This document shows, one piece after another, positions 29,038 through 39,597 of a stretch of 64,000 bases of DNA. Each line of letters begins with the position of its first letter. The stretch's first letter is position 1. The DNA lies in IMG/VR virus record IMGVR_UViG_3300027770_000027, positions 163,353 to 227,352 of that record; one strand, given 5' to 3'. The notes beneath the pieces are model-generated. The model was not told the origin of the DNA. It ran no database searches and was given only the letters and a program-made list of their open reading frames with translations. A program made the position numbers and the translations under genes.

Positions 29038-29635
29038 AAAAAACCTAGCCAAGCTAGAAAATTTCGAAAACATTGTTTACACCAAAGAAGAAGCTGTCTT
29101 TTTGGGGTATGAATCTGAAGATGAAGATCCAGAAGACGAAGACGAAGACGAAGATGATGAAAATTCTGAAGAGGAAACACCATCTATTGCTAATAAAAAA
29201 GAATATGTAAAAAAACCAGTCAACAAAGAAAAATTTTATGTAAATCCGCAGGAGTTTGATGATGAAATTGTAAAATATTATGACTCAGATCATATGTCTG
29301 ACAACTTGGCGTTAATGGTTAGTAAAATAGCGCACAAGCTGAGTTATGCACCCAACTTTATTAACTATACATATAGAGAAGAAATGGTAGGAGACGGAAT
29401 TATCCGCATGTTTAAGGCTCTTACATCCAAGAAATATGATCGGGTCAAAGGAACTAACCCCTTTTCATATTTTACCCGCATTGCTTTTAACGCGTTCCGT
29501 AATCGAATCAAAAAAGAAAAACATTTAAGAGAAACACACGAAAAATATCAAAATGAATTATTGCTTTTTTCTGAAAACTATAATACTATAGTCAAGAACA
29601 ATCAGCTCAAAATTCAAAGGAATCATTTAGATTAA
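29006..29635 (+). CDS. gp55: late transcription sigma factor gp55
   Basis: YVN..EF, IA..LSY.PNFINYTYREEM.GDGI, NPFSYFT.IAFNAF..RIKKEK. Confidence 0.93.
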   Translation: MSIPKKPSRREKNLAKLENFENIVYTKEEAVFLGYESEDEDPEDEDEDEDDENSEEETPSIANKKEYVKKPVNKEKFYVNPQEFDDEIVKYYDSDHMSDNLALMVSKIAHKLSYAPNFINYTYREEMVGDGIIRMFKALTSKKYDRVKGTNPFSYFTRIAFNAFRNRIKKEKHLRETHEKYQNELLLFSENYNTIVKNNQLKIQRNHLD

Positions 29636-29636
29636 T

Positions 29637-30692
29637 ATGTCAAAACTCTCAAGTCAATATATAGGTTTATTTTCAGACATTCATATTGGCTTGGGACAAG
29701 ACAGTTCTATTTGGCATAAAAATATATTAGAATTTGCAGAATGGGCAGCAGCAACCTATGCCCGTAAAGGAATCACAGAAATTATCATTCCTGGTGATAT
29801 ATTTCACAATCGTAATGAAATTTCTGTGAATACTTTAGCAATGGCTAAAGACTTCTTTAAAATATTTGAAGATTTTAAAATTTATATTTCAACTGGAAAT
29901 CATGACTGTTATTATAAAGACCGATCTGATGTAAATTCTATCTCCCTTCTAGGAGGTTGGAATAATATTGTATTAGTTGATAAAGAACCTCTTATTCTTA
30001 ATACTAATTTTGATAAAAATATTTCACTCATTCCGTGGGGAGTGGGTGTACAAGATATTCCTAAAAGTGATATATGTATAGGTCATTTTGAAATTAATTC
30101 ATTTAAGATGAATACCTATAAGGAATGTGACCACGGAGTTGATTCTTTGAGCCTTTTCGATAAAGCACCTTATATTATATCTGGTCATTTTCATCACAAA
30201 GACCATCGAGTCTATAACAACGGTGATATCCTATATCTAGGAAGTCCTTATCAACAAAATTTTGGAGACATGGATTCAACAAGAGGTATTTATATTTTTG
30301 ATATCAAAACAAATTGTTATGAATTTATTGAAAATACAATTTCTCCAGTTCATTGGAAAATTTCTTTACATAAAATTTTAGAAGGTGACCTTACAAGTAC
30401 CATGTTGAAGAGCATTATTCCAAACAACATGATTAGTTTTTTGATAGATAAAGAATATGGACAAGATAAACTAAGTTTGTTAATTTCAAAATTACAAAAT
30501 CTCAAACCCAAATTTTTTCGCACAGAATATCAAACTAAAGACTCTACTTTTGAAATGGGGGTTCATGATAATGAATACAACGCAGTAGATATTCCTAAAA
30601 GTTTAGAAGATTTTATTGAAGTATTAGACACTCCGTTTAAAAAAGAAGTCAATGACTATTTAAAAGAACTCTATAACACATTTGTAACATGA
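29637..30692 (+). CDS. gp47: recombination nuclease gp47 (Mre11/SbcD)
   Basis: SDIHIG, GDIFH.R, GNHD, GHFE, SGHFH, YLGSPYQ..FGD. Confidence 0.93.
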   Translation: MSKLSSQYIGLFSDIHIGLGQDSSIWHKNILEFAEWAAATYARKGITEIIIPGDIFHNRNEISVNTLAMAKDFFKIFEDFKIYISTGNHDCYYKDRSDVNSISLLGGWNNIVLVDKEPLILNTNFDKNISLIPWGVGVQDIPKSDICIGHFEINSFKMNTYKECDHGVDSLSLFDKAPYIISGHFHHKDHRVYNNGDILYLGSPYQQNFGDMDSTRGIYIFDIKTNCYEFIENTISPVHWKISLHKILEGDLTSTMLKSIIPNNMISFLIDKEYGQDKLSLLISKLQNLKPKFFRTEYQTKDSTFEMGVHDNEYNAVDIPKSLEDFIEVLDTPFKKEVNDYLKELYNTFVT

Positions 30693-31444
30693 ATGATCAA
30701 ATATCTATCGGCATTATTGACGCCTACTCACAATTAAATCTAGACCAATGTATTTCCTCAATTCCTAAAGAATTGAGGAATGCTGTTTTGGTAGTGTCTA
30801 ATACCAATAACAAAATTCCAGATGATGTAGAACACATTAAATACACAGGAGAAATAGGATTATCCTCTTTAAGAAACCGATGTTTAACTCAATTCCGATT
30901 AAATTCTAAAATAAAGTATTATTTTTTAATAACTTCAAACACAGCAATAACAGATCCAGACATTTTTCAAAATACTATTAAGACCGCCTCTGTGTTTGGT
31001 ACTTGGGTTATGACTGGCCCTGGTCTAAAGTCTATTCCTATAGAAGATGATGTTAATAATGTAACTATAAATCTATCACCGGAATTAAATGCAAATTTCT
31101 TGTTTATATATTCTAATGTATTGAAGAATGTAGGATTTTTTAATGAACAAATGTACTGTAACGAGCCATTAGATGTAATAGATTTTATCACCAGATGTCG
31201 CAAAGTTAACATCTATCCGCCAAATCATTACAATCCCACAATTGCAAAGGGAATTTTTACATCAAATACTCCTAGTACAAAGGTAAAATTTAATAATGAA
31301 GAAAAGATTCAACATTTGTCTTATGGATTTTTCCACCATCTACACAAATATGTACCAGGTCAAGGAGATCCGGTAGGAGTCACACAAGAACAGGCATTAC
31401 AAGCTCTAGAAAATATACAAAAAACTTATGCAAGATCCTTATAA
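30689..31444 (+). CDS. divergent GT2-like protein
   Basis: I.IGII, S..RN..L, VG.F.E as in the next two genes, but no acidic EDD motif. Confidence 0.55.
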   Translation: MNDQISIGIIDAYSQLNLDQCISSIPKELRNAVLVVSNTNNKIPDDVEHIKYTGEIGLSSLRNRCLTQFRLNSKIKYYFLITSNTAITDPDIFQNTIKTASVFGTWVMTGPGLKSIPIEDDVNNVTINLSPELNANFLFIYSNVLKNVGFFNEQMYCNEPLDVIDFITRCRKVNIYPPNHYNPTIAKGIFTSNTPSTKVKFNNEEKIQHLSYGFFHHLHKYVPGQGDPVGVTQEQALQALENIQKTYARSL

Positions 31445-32264
31445 AATTGGAATTGGTTTAATTACATGTGATAGACCACATTTTTTGAAGAAAAGCTTGG
31501 AAAGATTACTGTCTTTTCCTTCAATTTCTAAAGGAAACACAACATTGGTTATTGTGGATGATGGTAACAGTACTTCTATTATTGAGGACAGACCAAAGAA
31601 TGTAAAATACATTAAAACTAGTGGTAGAACTGGAGTAGCAAAGGCTAAAAACTTGGCTTTAAAATATTTGATTGAAAACAAATGTACAGATTATTTTGTA
31701 TTAGAAGATGATATTGAAATATTAAGTGAGTCTGTTTTTAGTGCGTATATTAATGCTTCTAAAAAAACTGGAATACAACATTTTAATTATGCTTTACACG
31801 GAAACCACAATAGAGAGAATGGACTTCCCGTCATTAGAAAATCTATTAAATATCCAAACGGAGAAACTATTGATTTGTACAGTAATTTGTTAGGAGCTTT
31901 AAGTTACTTTTCAAAGAAATGTCTAGATGAGGTTGGGTTATTGGATGAAAACTTTTACAATGCCATGGAACATGTAGACCACACTTATCAAATTATTAAA
32001 AAGGGATTTCATCCTCCCTTTAGATGGTTTGCAGATATTAGTAATACAGAAGGTCTTATTAGAGATATTGTAGAAGATCATAAAGAAAGTGTTATTAGAT
32101 CTCAAGAAAATTTTCAAGAAACTTTTAAAAATGGATTAGATCAATTTATTAAAAAAAATAATTTTTCAGTTGTTAATGGATATGGTCCAGCAGAAAAATT
32201 TTATTCACTAGAAAACACTCAACAAACTCTTAAAGATATATGGAAACAATTAGCGGAAAAATAG
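31428..32264 (+). CDS. GT2 family glycosyltransferase
   Basis: IG.ITC.R, IVDDG, GVA.AKN, F.LEDD, VG.LDE.F..A.EHVD. Confidence 0.85.
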   Translation: MQDPYKIGIGLITCDRPHFLKKSLERLLSFPSISKGNTTLVIVDDGNSTSIIEDRPKNVKYIKTSGRTGVAKAKNLALKYLIENKCTDYFVLEDDIEILSESVFSAYINASKKTGIQHFNYALHGNHNRENGLPVIRKSIKYPNGETIDLYSNLLGALSYFSKKCLDEVGLLDENFYNAMEHVDHTYQIIKKGFHPPFRWFADISNTEGLIRDIVEDHKESVIRSQENFQETFKNGLDQFIKKNNFSVVNGYGPAEKFYSLENTQQTLKDIWKQLAEK

Positions 32265-33031
32265 GTGTTGGTATTACCACATATAATTCTGAAAGCTATT
32301 TTCAAAAACTATATGACTCTATTGCTGAGAGTAATATAGATGAATTAGTTGTAGTAAATGGTGGAAATCCTTACAAGCAATCTTATACAAGATGTAACGC
32401 TTGGATACAAGATGAAAAAAATAGATTTCCATCAGCTTGTCGCAATAGTTGTATTGAATATTTATTAGAAAATGGGTGTGAACACATATTTCTAATAGAA
32501 GATGATATGATTATTAAAAAACCAGACATTTTTCAATTTTACATAAAACATTCAAAGATGTCTGGGTTGAAATATTTGTGTTTTGCAAGTACTTCTGCCT
32601 ATGCAGGGCCTCCTGGAGATAGAACCCCTAAATTAATAGTAAATTACTCTCACAATCTAGGAATATCCTTCTTTCCGCATATGTGTAACGAATTTACGTA
32701 TCATCATCGTTCTTGTTTTGAGGAATACGGAGTTTATGATGAAAATTTAAGAGATTTATTTGATGTGGATATGGTATATCGTCAATCCATATCAAATTCA
32801 AATGTTTCTGCTTTCTGGTGGTTTGCAGACCCTACAAATTCAGATGATTATATAGAAAATAATCCAGTAGCGGTAAGCAGACTACAAACGGCTCGAGCAG
32901 ACGGTTCCAGAGCGGACATTATTCATAAAGCATATGAATATTTTTACAAAAAACACAAATTAAATGTATTAGACATTTCAGAAAAGACTGATACAGATTT
33001 GATCAAGTTTTTAAAACGTATAAAACCATGA
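32240..33031 (+). CDS. GT2 family glycosyltransferase
   Basis: GVGITTYN, VVVNGG, RN, FLIEDD, G.YDE; paralogue of the preceding gene. Confidence 0.8.
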   Translation: METISGKIGVGITTYNSESYFQKLYDSIAESNIDELVVVNGGNPYKQSYTRCNAWIQDEKNRFPSACRNSCIEYLLENGCEHIFLIEDDMIIKKPDIFQFYIKHSKMSGLKYLCFASTSAYAGPPGDRTPKLIVNYSHNLGISFFPHMCNEFTYHHRSCFEEYGVYDENLRDLFDVDMVYRQSISNSNVSAFWWFADPTNSDDYIENNPVAVSRLQTARADGSRADIIHKAYEYFYKKHKLNVLDISEKTDTDLIKFLKRIKP

Positions 33032-33804
33032 AACTAGCCATAGGAATTAATATTTTTAAAAAGTATGATCGACAAGATCATTGTATAGAGACTCTAATTA
33101 AATTAGCTCAAGATTTTCAAGAAATAACTCTTTATAACATTACGTTTAAAGAAGAACTTTCTGAAAATGTAAATTTTGTACATCTACCATTACTTTCTCG
33201 ATGTGCTAAAGATTTAATAGAAGATTCTATTTCTACAAAACCCATATCAAAAGATTTTTTTGACATTCTATCACAACAAGATTGTGATTATTTTATGTTT
33301 TTAAATAGTGATGTGATGCCTACCAGAAAATTAATTAAATTAATTTTAAAGGGTGAATATGAAACATATGCAGCCTCAAGACATGAAATACTGCCATTAA
33401 ACAATATTACAGACGATCTCTCCGCGTTTAAAATAGAGATTGCGGGATTTGATGCATGGGTTTGTAAAAAAGAATGGTGGATAAACCATCGAGACTTGTT
33501 TAAAGATTATGTCATAGGAAATCATTTGTGGGATGTTGCATATGCAGTTACCTTTTTTCAAAATAGTAATGGAAAATTTTGTAATAAAGACTTTTATCTA
33601 GCTCATGAAAAACATCCAATTAATTGGAATGATTCTTCTCCAGAAGCCACCCACAATGCACAACTTTTTAATTCAACCACTTTTCATAAACGGTGGCATG
33701 AATTTATATATTCCAATTTAGTCCTAAGAATGCCTCCTGGACAATTTTTAATTCCATTAGATAATGAGGAAAAATTAGAAAAAAAGTTTTTTAAGTCTTT
33801 ATGA
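33028..33804 (+). CDS. putative GT-A glycosyltransferase
   Basis: F.FLNSDV, SR.E, GFDAW, IG...WD, H..H. Confidence 0.6.
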   Translation: MKLAIGINIFKKYDRQDHCIETLIKLAQDFQEITLYNITFKEELSENVNFVHLPLLSRCAKDLIEDSISTKPISKDFFDILSQQDCDYFMFLNSDVMPTRKLIKLILKGEYETYAASRHEILPLNNITDDLSAFKIEIAGFDAWVCKKEWWINHRDLFKDYVIGNHLWDVAYAVTFFQNSNGKFCNKDFYLAHEKHPINWNDSSPEATHNAQLFNSTTFHKRWHEFIYSNLVLRMPPGQFLIPLDNEEKLEKKFFKSL

Positions 33805-34490
33805 AATTATATACGGTATTCACTGAATCTCATCGAGAATTGTTTGAAAATTACTTCCTCAAAACACTTCCATGGGATAATCGATTAGAATTGAGAGTTT
33901 TATTTAAGCCACAAGTGTGTAACGCCGAGTTTCACAGTGAAGGATGGCGCGAAACTATGTATTATAAGGTCCGTTGTTTTAAACAAGCACTTTATGAAAC
34001 TGAAAAGGGAGAATGTTTTATGTTTTCTGATCCTGACATACAATTTTTTAAACCTTTTTATGATGATTTGTTGAATCGCGTAAAAAATTGTGATGCAGTC
34101 TTTCAGAATGATTATGCTGGTGGTGTTAATACTGGTTTTTTCGTAATGAGATCAACTGCTCAAACCAGAGCATTTGTCAATACTGTAGAAGGTAATTTAG
34201 AAAAATTTCCAGAAGAGCAGGCGTGTTTTAATTACTTGTTACAAACTTTTAATAATCCAGCAAACAAATCTATAGCATACAACGCTCAATTGTTGCCTCC
34301 AGAGTATTGGACCTATGGAGAAATTGCCATACAAAGACCAAAAGGAGGACAACCATTCAGTCATTGGAACGATGAAGAAGATTTTGATATTCCTAAAAAC
34401 ATAGTAATGCATCACGCCAATTGGACTAAAACTTTTAAAGACAAAATAAAAATATTAGACAGAGTTAGAGAAAAATTTAAAAAATTATGA
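33801..34490 (+). CDS. nucleotide-diphospho-sugar transferase (GT77-like)
   Basis: FSDPDIQF, NTGFF.MR, EQ..FN, HHANW....K. Confidence 0.75.
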   Translation: MKLYTVFTESHRELFENYFLKTLPWDNRLELRVLFKPQVCNAEFHSEGWRETMYYKVRCFKQALYETEKGECFMFSDPDIQFFKPFYDDLLNRVKNCDAVFQNDYAGGVNTGFFVMRSTAQTRAFVNTVEGNLEKFPEEQACFNYLLQTFNNPANKSIAYNAQLLPPEYWTYGEIAIQRPKGGQPFSHWNDEEDFDIPKNIVMHHANWTKTFKDKIKILDRVREKFKKL

Positions 34491-35179
34491 ATATTACATT
34501 GGGATTTTTAAATTTTAATAGTTTAAGTTATATTAAAAAACAATTAGAAAGAGATTATTTTAAATTATCAAATGGTATAATAAATGAAATTGTTATACAA
34601 GATGATTGCGGAGGTGATGATTTTGAATTTTTAAAAAAAGAAGAAACCTCTAATATAAAGGTTTTTCAAAATGAAAAACGAATTAAACCATTACTAGGGA
34701 GAATAAACCTTATAAACAATTGTTCAAATGATTGGGTATTGTTAATGGATTCTGATAATTTTTTAGACAAAAATTCTTTTGATGTTTTGTTTAAAAATTT
34801 AGATTTTAAAGAAAACACCATATATGCTCCGGATTTTGCAAGACCTCAATTTAATTACAAAGGAGTATCTGGAACAACACTAGATTTAAATTTGGTTAAA
34901 AATAATCTTGCCTATTTAATGTGTTTTTTAAATACTGGAAATTATTTGATTCCTAAAAAAACCTACTTGAGTGTTGCTTCTAACATTGATAAAAAATTTA
35001 CAGAATATACTATGGAAGTGTTTTATTACAACTATCTATGGTTAAGCAATAACAACCTTATCAAATGTGTTCAAGGATTTGAATATGATCATACGATGAG
35101 AGAGGATTGTTTTTCTTATTCCAACGACAGAAATTCAAATGACGTACTACATTTAATAACTCAATTATATTTAAAATGA
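34487..35179 (+). CDS. GT2 family glycosyltransferase
   Basis: EIVI.DDC, N.WV.L.DSDN, NTGNY. Confidence 0.75.
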   Translation: MNITLGFLNFNSLSYIKKQLERDYFKLSNGIINEIVIQDDCGGDDFEFLKKEETSNIKVFQNEKRIKPLLGRINLINNCSNDWVLLMDSDNFLDKNSFDVLFKNLDFKENTIYAPDFARPQFNYKGVSGTTLDLNLVKNNLAYLMCFLNTGNYLIPKKTYLSVASNIDKKFTEYTMEVFYYNYLWLSNNNLIKCVQGFEYDHTMREDCFSYSNDRNSNDVLHLITQLYLK

Positions 35180-35892
35180 TACCACCAAAATTAAAAGATT
35201 TAACCAAAGAACAATTAGAAAAGTATACATTAAATAATCAAATTCCTATCAGGGAATGGTATTTTAATGAATCGGAAGTCAATGTTTCACATCTATATGA
35301 ACCAAATGTTATACAGCACCTTAAAGAAAAGGCAAAATATAGACAAACCAATTATTACGGACAGACAGATAATTGGTTGTATCAGGCTTTAACAGATTTT
35401 TCCGTATTTCAAAAAGATGTATTAATTATAGGTTCTTTAATGCCTTGGTATGAGTCTATAGCGTTAGAGTTTGGTTGTAAATCTTGTACGGTGGTTGAAT
35501 ATAGAAAACAAGATAAATTGGTTCCAAATGTAAAATACATCCAACCTCAAGAATTGGAAGATTTAAAATTTGATGCCGTTTTTTCTATTTCATCATATGA
35601 ACATGATGGACTTGGCCGGTACGGTGACCCTTTAAGTCCAGATGCAGATTTGTCTGCAATGGAAACCATCAAAAATAATATTAAACCCGGAGGATTATTA
35701 TATCTGGCAGTTCCTGTGGGAGAAGATGAAATAGTTTGGAATGCTCATCGAGTTTATGGTAAGATTAGATTACCACTATTAATGAAAAATTGGGATCTAC
35801 TAGCAAAATATGGAGTAACAAAAGATATATGGAGCACACCGTATACAAATGATTGTCCTGCCCAACCAGTATTTGTATTAAGAAATAATTAA
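35176..35892 (+). CDS. DUF268 family SAM-methyltransferase-like protein
   Basis: IGS..PW.E, SISS.EH.GLGRYGDP..P.AD, L.VP.G.D...WNAHR.YG..R. Confidence 0.8.
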   Translation: MIPPKLKDLTKEQLEKYTLNNQIPIREWYFNESEVNVSHLYEPNVIQHLKEKAKYRQTNYYGQTDNWLYQALTDFSVFQKDVLIIGSLMPWYESIALEFGCKSCTVVEYRKQDKLVPNVKYIQPQELEDLKFDAVFSISSYEHDGLGRYGDPLSPDADLSAMETIKNNIKPGGLLYLAVPVGEDEIVWNAHRVYGKIRLPLLMKNWDLLAKYGVTKDIWSTPYTNDCPAQPVFVLRNN

Positions 35893-35894
35893 AA

Positions 35895-36785
35895 ATGAAA
35901 CTGAGCTCATTTAATGAATTTATTCTAGAAATAGAACAGTCTGCGTATCCTCCTTATCACACTGGAAAATACTTGGAACGCTATTTTATAGATTTTTACA
36001 TTAAAAATCGTAAAGAATTTGACGACACAGGATACCAATTTCTACCTATTTGTTGGACAGATATTTATCTACACAGAAATAATTTAGTTTTTAAATTACA
36101 GAATGTTTTAAACACTTTAGACATCAACAAAAAATATTTTACAGTATCTCAGCATGATGATGCACCTACCGAAAAATTACCACCTAACACCTTAAAATTT
36201 TCAGCTGGAGGTAATCAACCAAACTGTATTCCGATACCGTTAATATGTAGTGCAATATCTAATATAAAAGAAACGAAAAAAGATATATTTTGTAGTTTTG
36301 TAGGCAGTTCAACACATCCCCTTCGAATAGAGATGGTACAACACTTATCAGATAAAAAAAACTATCTTTTACAATTAAAAAATTGGTCTCCTTCCGTAGA
36401 AAATGATAAAAAGGATTTGTTCTTAGATATAACACCCAGAAGTAAATTTACATTATGCCCCAGGGGATATGGAGCAACTAGCTTTCGTTTGTATGAAGCT
36501 ATGCAATTAAATTCTGTTCCAGTGTATATTTATGAAAATTTTCCATATATTCCCTTTGAAGACAAAATAGACTGGAGTAGATTGGCAGTTTTGATAGACA
36601 GAAAAGATATAAAAAATATAGATAACATACTATTGAGTATAACAGATGAAAAATATGAAGATATGTTAAAATATATCAGAGAAATATATCCAAAATATTT
36701 TACATTAGAGGGCATGTGTCAAATTTTACTTAAAACTTTACAAGAAAAACATGAAAAAGATATTATTCGTAATAGCTCGTTATAA
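35895..36785 (+). CDS. exostosin (GT47)-like glycosyltransferase
   Basis: F.GS.TH..R, SKF.LCPRGYG.TSFRLYEA.....VPV.I, PF...IDW. Confidence 0.85.
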   Translation: MKLSSFNEFILEIEQSAYPPYHTGKYLERYFIDFYIKNRKEFDDTGYQFLPICWTDIYLHRNNLVFKLQNVLNTLDINKKYFTVSQHDDAPTEKLPPNTLKFSAGGNQPNCIPIPLICSAISNIKETKKDIFCSFVGSSTHPLRIEMVQHLSDKKNYLLQLKNWSPSVENDKKDLFLDITPRSKFTLCPRGYGATSFRLYEAMQLNSVPVYIYENFPYIPFEDKIDWSRLAVLIDRKDIKNIDNILLSITDEKYEDMLKYIREIYPKYFTLEGMCQILLKTLQEKHEKDIIRNSSL

Positions 36786-37515
36786 TGACGACCGGCAACA
36801 GATATTTGATGAGATAATCTCTCCGAGAAATAAAGCATATGCTTTAAAACATGGATTCAAATATGTAGAAATTAAAAAATCCACACATCTTCCGATTATA
36901 AGAAATAATCCTATATGGTGGAAGATGTTTATAATAAAACAATTAGTAGAAGAAAATAAATTACAGGACGGAGATACCATTACTGCTTTGGATGCTGACA
37001 TGTATATAACCGATTTAGGTGTAAATTTAGAATCTGACAAATCATTTACATATTCTATTGATAGTGGAAATACCCATTGTATGGGATGGTATACATTAAG
37101 ACTTAATGAATGGTCCAGAAATTTAATTAATATGATTACAGATGAAAATCGATATATTAAATTAATAAATAAAATATCAATTCATCCTAGACTTAATATT
37201 TATTATAATTTATGGGAGTCTTGGGCAGAACAAGCTAGTTGGTATAGCCTTGCTGGTATAATAGGGCACAGTGATATACCATTTAGTGATATGAAAAATT
37301 TTGGTTTTCATTCTGATGTGACCGAAGATACCATATATTCTATAGAAGATTTAAAAAATAATGTATTTATATATCCTACTGAATATAATGTAACAGAATG
37401 GGAGGGGGAAAGTTCTTGTCAATTTAACATTAATCAACTTAAACACAAAGAAGATGTCAAAATAAGGCATTTTGCTGGAGGTCAAAATTGGAATAATATA
37501 AAAAATTGGATTTAA
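36751..37515 (+). CDS. GT34/MNN10-like glycosyltransferase
   Basis: N..YA.KHG.KY, W.K, LDAD, EQ, YN, I.HFAG. Confidence 0.7.
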   Translation: MKKILFVIARYNDDRQQIFDEIISPRNKAYALKHGFKYVEIKKSTHLPIIRNNPIWWKMFIIKQLVEENKLQDGDTITALDADMYITDLGVNLESDKSFTYSIDSGNTHCMGWYTLRLNEWSRNLINMITDENRYIKLINKISIHPRLNIYYNLWESWAEQASWYSLAGIIGHSDIPFSDMKNFGFHSDVTEDTIYSIEDLKNNVFIYPTEYNVTEWEGESSCQFNINQLKHKEDVKIRHFAGGQNWNNIKNWI

Positions 37516-37517
37516 TT

Positions 37518-37643
37518 ATGAAATTTTTTAAAAAAATTTACATAGCATTTCAAGATCATTTAATTAATTATTTGGATATTAAAAATAATTCTAATTATTG
37601 GATTAACTGTTTTATTAAAAACAACATAGAATATATCATTTGA
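37518..37643 (+). other. 41-codon ORF or gene remnant
   Basis: MKFFKKIYIAFQDHLINYLD...EYII* fills the only large gap in the island. Confidence 0.3.
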
Positions 37644-37652
37644 CACTAAATT

Positions 37653-38684
37653 ATGAAAAAAATATTAATAACAGGTTCTGGTGGGTTGATAGGTTCAGAA
37701 GCAGTAGAATTTTATTGTAAAGAAGGATATGATGTATATGGTATAGATAATAATTATCGAGAACATTTTTTTGGAAAAAGTGGATCTGTAGAATGGAGAA
37801 TAGAAGAATTGTCTAAATATAAAAATTATAAACATTATTCTTGTGACATTACAAAAATACAAGAAGTAGAAAATATATTCAAATCTCATACATTTGATTT
37901 GATAATTCATACAGCCGCACAGCCATCTCATGATTTAGCTAGTAAAATACCAATATTGGATTTCTCGGTTAATGCTACAGGAACTTTAAATATTTTAGAA
38001 AATTATCGATTGTATTGTCCAGAATCCGTTTTTATTTTTACATCTACTAATAAAGTTTATGGGGATCGTCCTAATTATGAAACATACGTCGAAGAAGAAA
38101 ATCGATACACTCCATTAAATGAAGAATTAAAAAAAGGATTTGATGAATTTCTAAGTATAGATCAGTGTTTACATAGTGTTTTTGGGGCAAGTAAACTTGC
38201 TGCTGATATAATGGTACAAGAATATGGAAAATACTTTAATTTAAAAACAGTGGTTTTTAGAGGAGGTTGTCTTACTGGACCCAAACACTCTGGTGTTGAA
38301 TTGCACGGATTTTTGTCTTATCTTATTAAATGTTGCTTGAATAATATTCCATATAACATATATGGATATAAAGGAAAACAAGTTAGAGATAATATACATT
38401 CCTCTGATCTTATTTCTGCTTTTAATCATTACTTTTTAAATCCAAAAACTAACGGAATCGTATATAATATAGGAGGGGGTATAAATTCAAATTGTTCTGT
38501 TTTAGAAGCTATAAATATTGTAGAAAAACTTTCTAAAAAAACTATGAAAACAACATTTATAGATTATAATAGAATAGGGGACCACCAATGGTGGATTACC
38601 GATATTTCTAAATTCAAAACCGATTACCCTAATTGGAAGCAGAAATATAACTTAGAAAAATTAGTAGAAAGTTTTTTCAATTAA
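37653..38684 (+). CDS. NAD-dependent sugar epimerase (CDP-paratose 2-epimerase-like)
   Basis: TGSGGLIG, HTAAQPSH, STNKVYGD, S.FGASK.AAD..VQEYG, GKQVRD, R.GD. Confidence 0.88.
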   Translation: MKKILITGSGGLIGSEAVEFYCKEGYDVYGIDNNYREHFFGKSGSVEWRIEELSKYKNYKHYSCDITKIQEVENIFKSHTFDLIIHTAAQPSHDLASKIPILDFSVNATGTLNILENYRLYCPESVFIFTSTNKVYGDRPNYETYVEEENRYTPLNEELKKGFDEFLSIDQCLHSVFGASKLAADIMVQEYGKYFNLKTVVFRGGCLTGPKHSGVELHGFLSYLIKCCLNNIPYNIYGYKGKQVRDNIHSSDLISAFNHYFLNPKTNGIVYNIGGGINSNCSVLEAINIVEKLSKKTMKTTFIDYNRIGDHQWWITDISKFKTDYPNWKQKYNLEKLVESFFN

Positions 38685-38697
38685 CTTAAATATCCAC

Positions 38698-39597
38698 ATG
38701 AAAACATTAAGAATAAATTTTGTCGATTTTTGGCCCAATTTTATGAAAAATGATAATATGTACTATAATATACTATCATCTAAATATAATGTTATTATTG
38801 ATGAAATAAATCCAGAAATTTTATTTTTTTCTGTTGATTATGCAGGTGCTGGGGAAAGGTTTAAATATAAGAATTGTTTACGAGTTTTTCATACTGGAGA
38901 AAGTGTGTATGTTAACTGGGATGAAACGGATGTTGCATTTACAATGCATCATACAGACGACAAAAGGCACTACAGAATTCCGGGATGGGCCACGTATTTA
39001 AACTGGTACAACAGACCATATAATGACAATCGAGATATAGCCAATTTAATGGATATTGACACATTACTTTCCAAACCAAAGGAAGTGAATAAATCAAAAT
39101 TTTGTAGTTTTATCGCAACGCAACCAAAAGGAAGAAGAGTAGATTTTGTACCAAAATTAAATCAATATAAAACTGTTCATAGTCCGGGACCATTATATAA
39201 TAATACACCAAGAATTGTAGATATTAATGGAAATTGGGCAAGAGGTGATCAGAGATATAAAACCGATTTTATAAAAAATTGTAAATTTGATGTAGCAATG
39301 GAAAATACACAAGTTCCGGGGTATGCTACAGAAAGAATAATACATGCAATGTATGTAAACACAATACCCATTTATTGGGGATCAGAAACTATAGAACAGG
39401 ATTTCAATCCAGATTCATTTATTAATTGGCATAAATATGGATCAGATGAAGCTACAATTGAAGCTGTCAAAGAAATTGATTCTGATCTTAAAAAATATAC
39501 TAAAATGTTAAGAGAACCGTTTTGGATTGATAATAAAATACCAGATTCTGTAAAACCAGAAGCTATTTTAGGGTTTTTAGAAAAATTTATACAATGA
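38698..39597 (+). CDS. alpha-1,3-fucosyltransferase (GT10)
   Basis: F.DFW, F.TGE, KFCSFI, KF..AMEN....GY.TE.I..A....TIPIYWG, FNP..FIN. Confidence 0.88.
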   Translation: MKTLRINFVDFWPNFMKNDNMYYNILSSKYNVIIDEINPEILFFSVDYAGAGERFKYKNCLRVFHTGESVYVNWDETDVAFTMHHTDDKRHYRIPGWATYLNWYNRPYNDNRDIANLMDIDTLLSKPKEVNKSKFCSFIATQPKGRRVDFVPKLNQYKTVHSPGPLYNNTPRIVDINGNWARGDQRYKTDFIKNCKFDVAMENTQVPGYATERIIHAMYVNTIPIYWGSETIEQDFNPDSFINWHKYGSDEATIEAVKEIDSDLKKYTKMLREPFWIDNKIPDSVKPEAILGFLEKFIQ

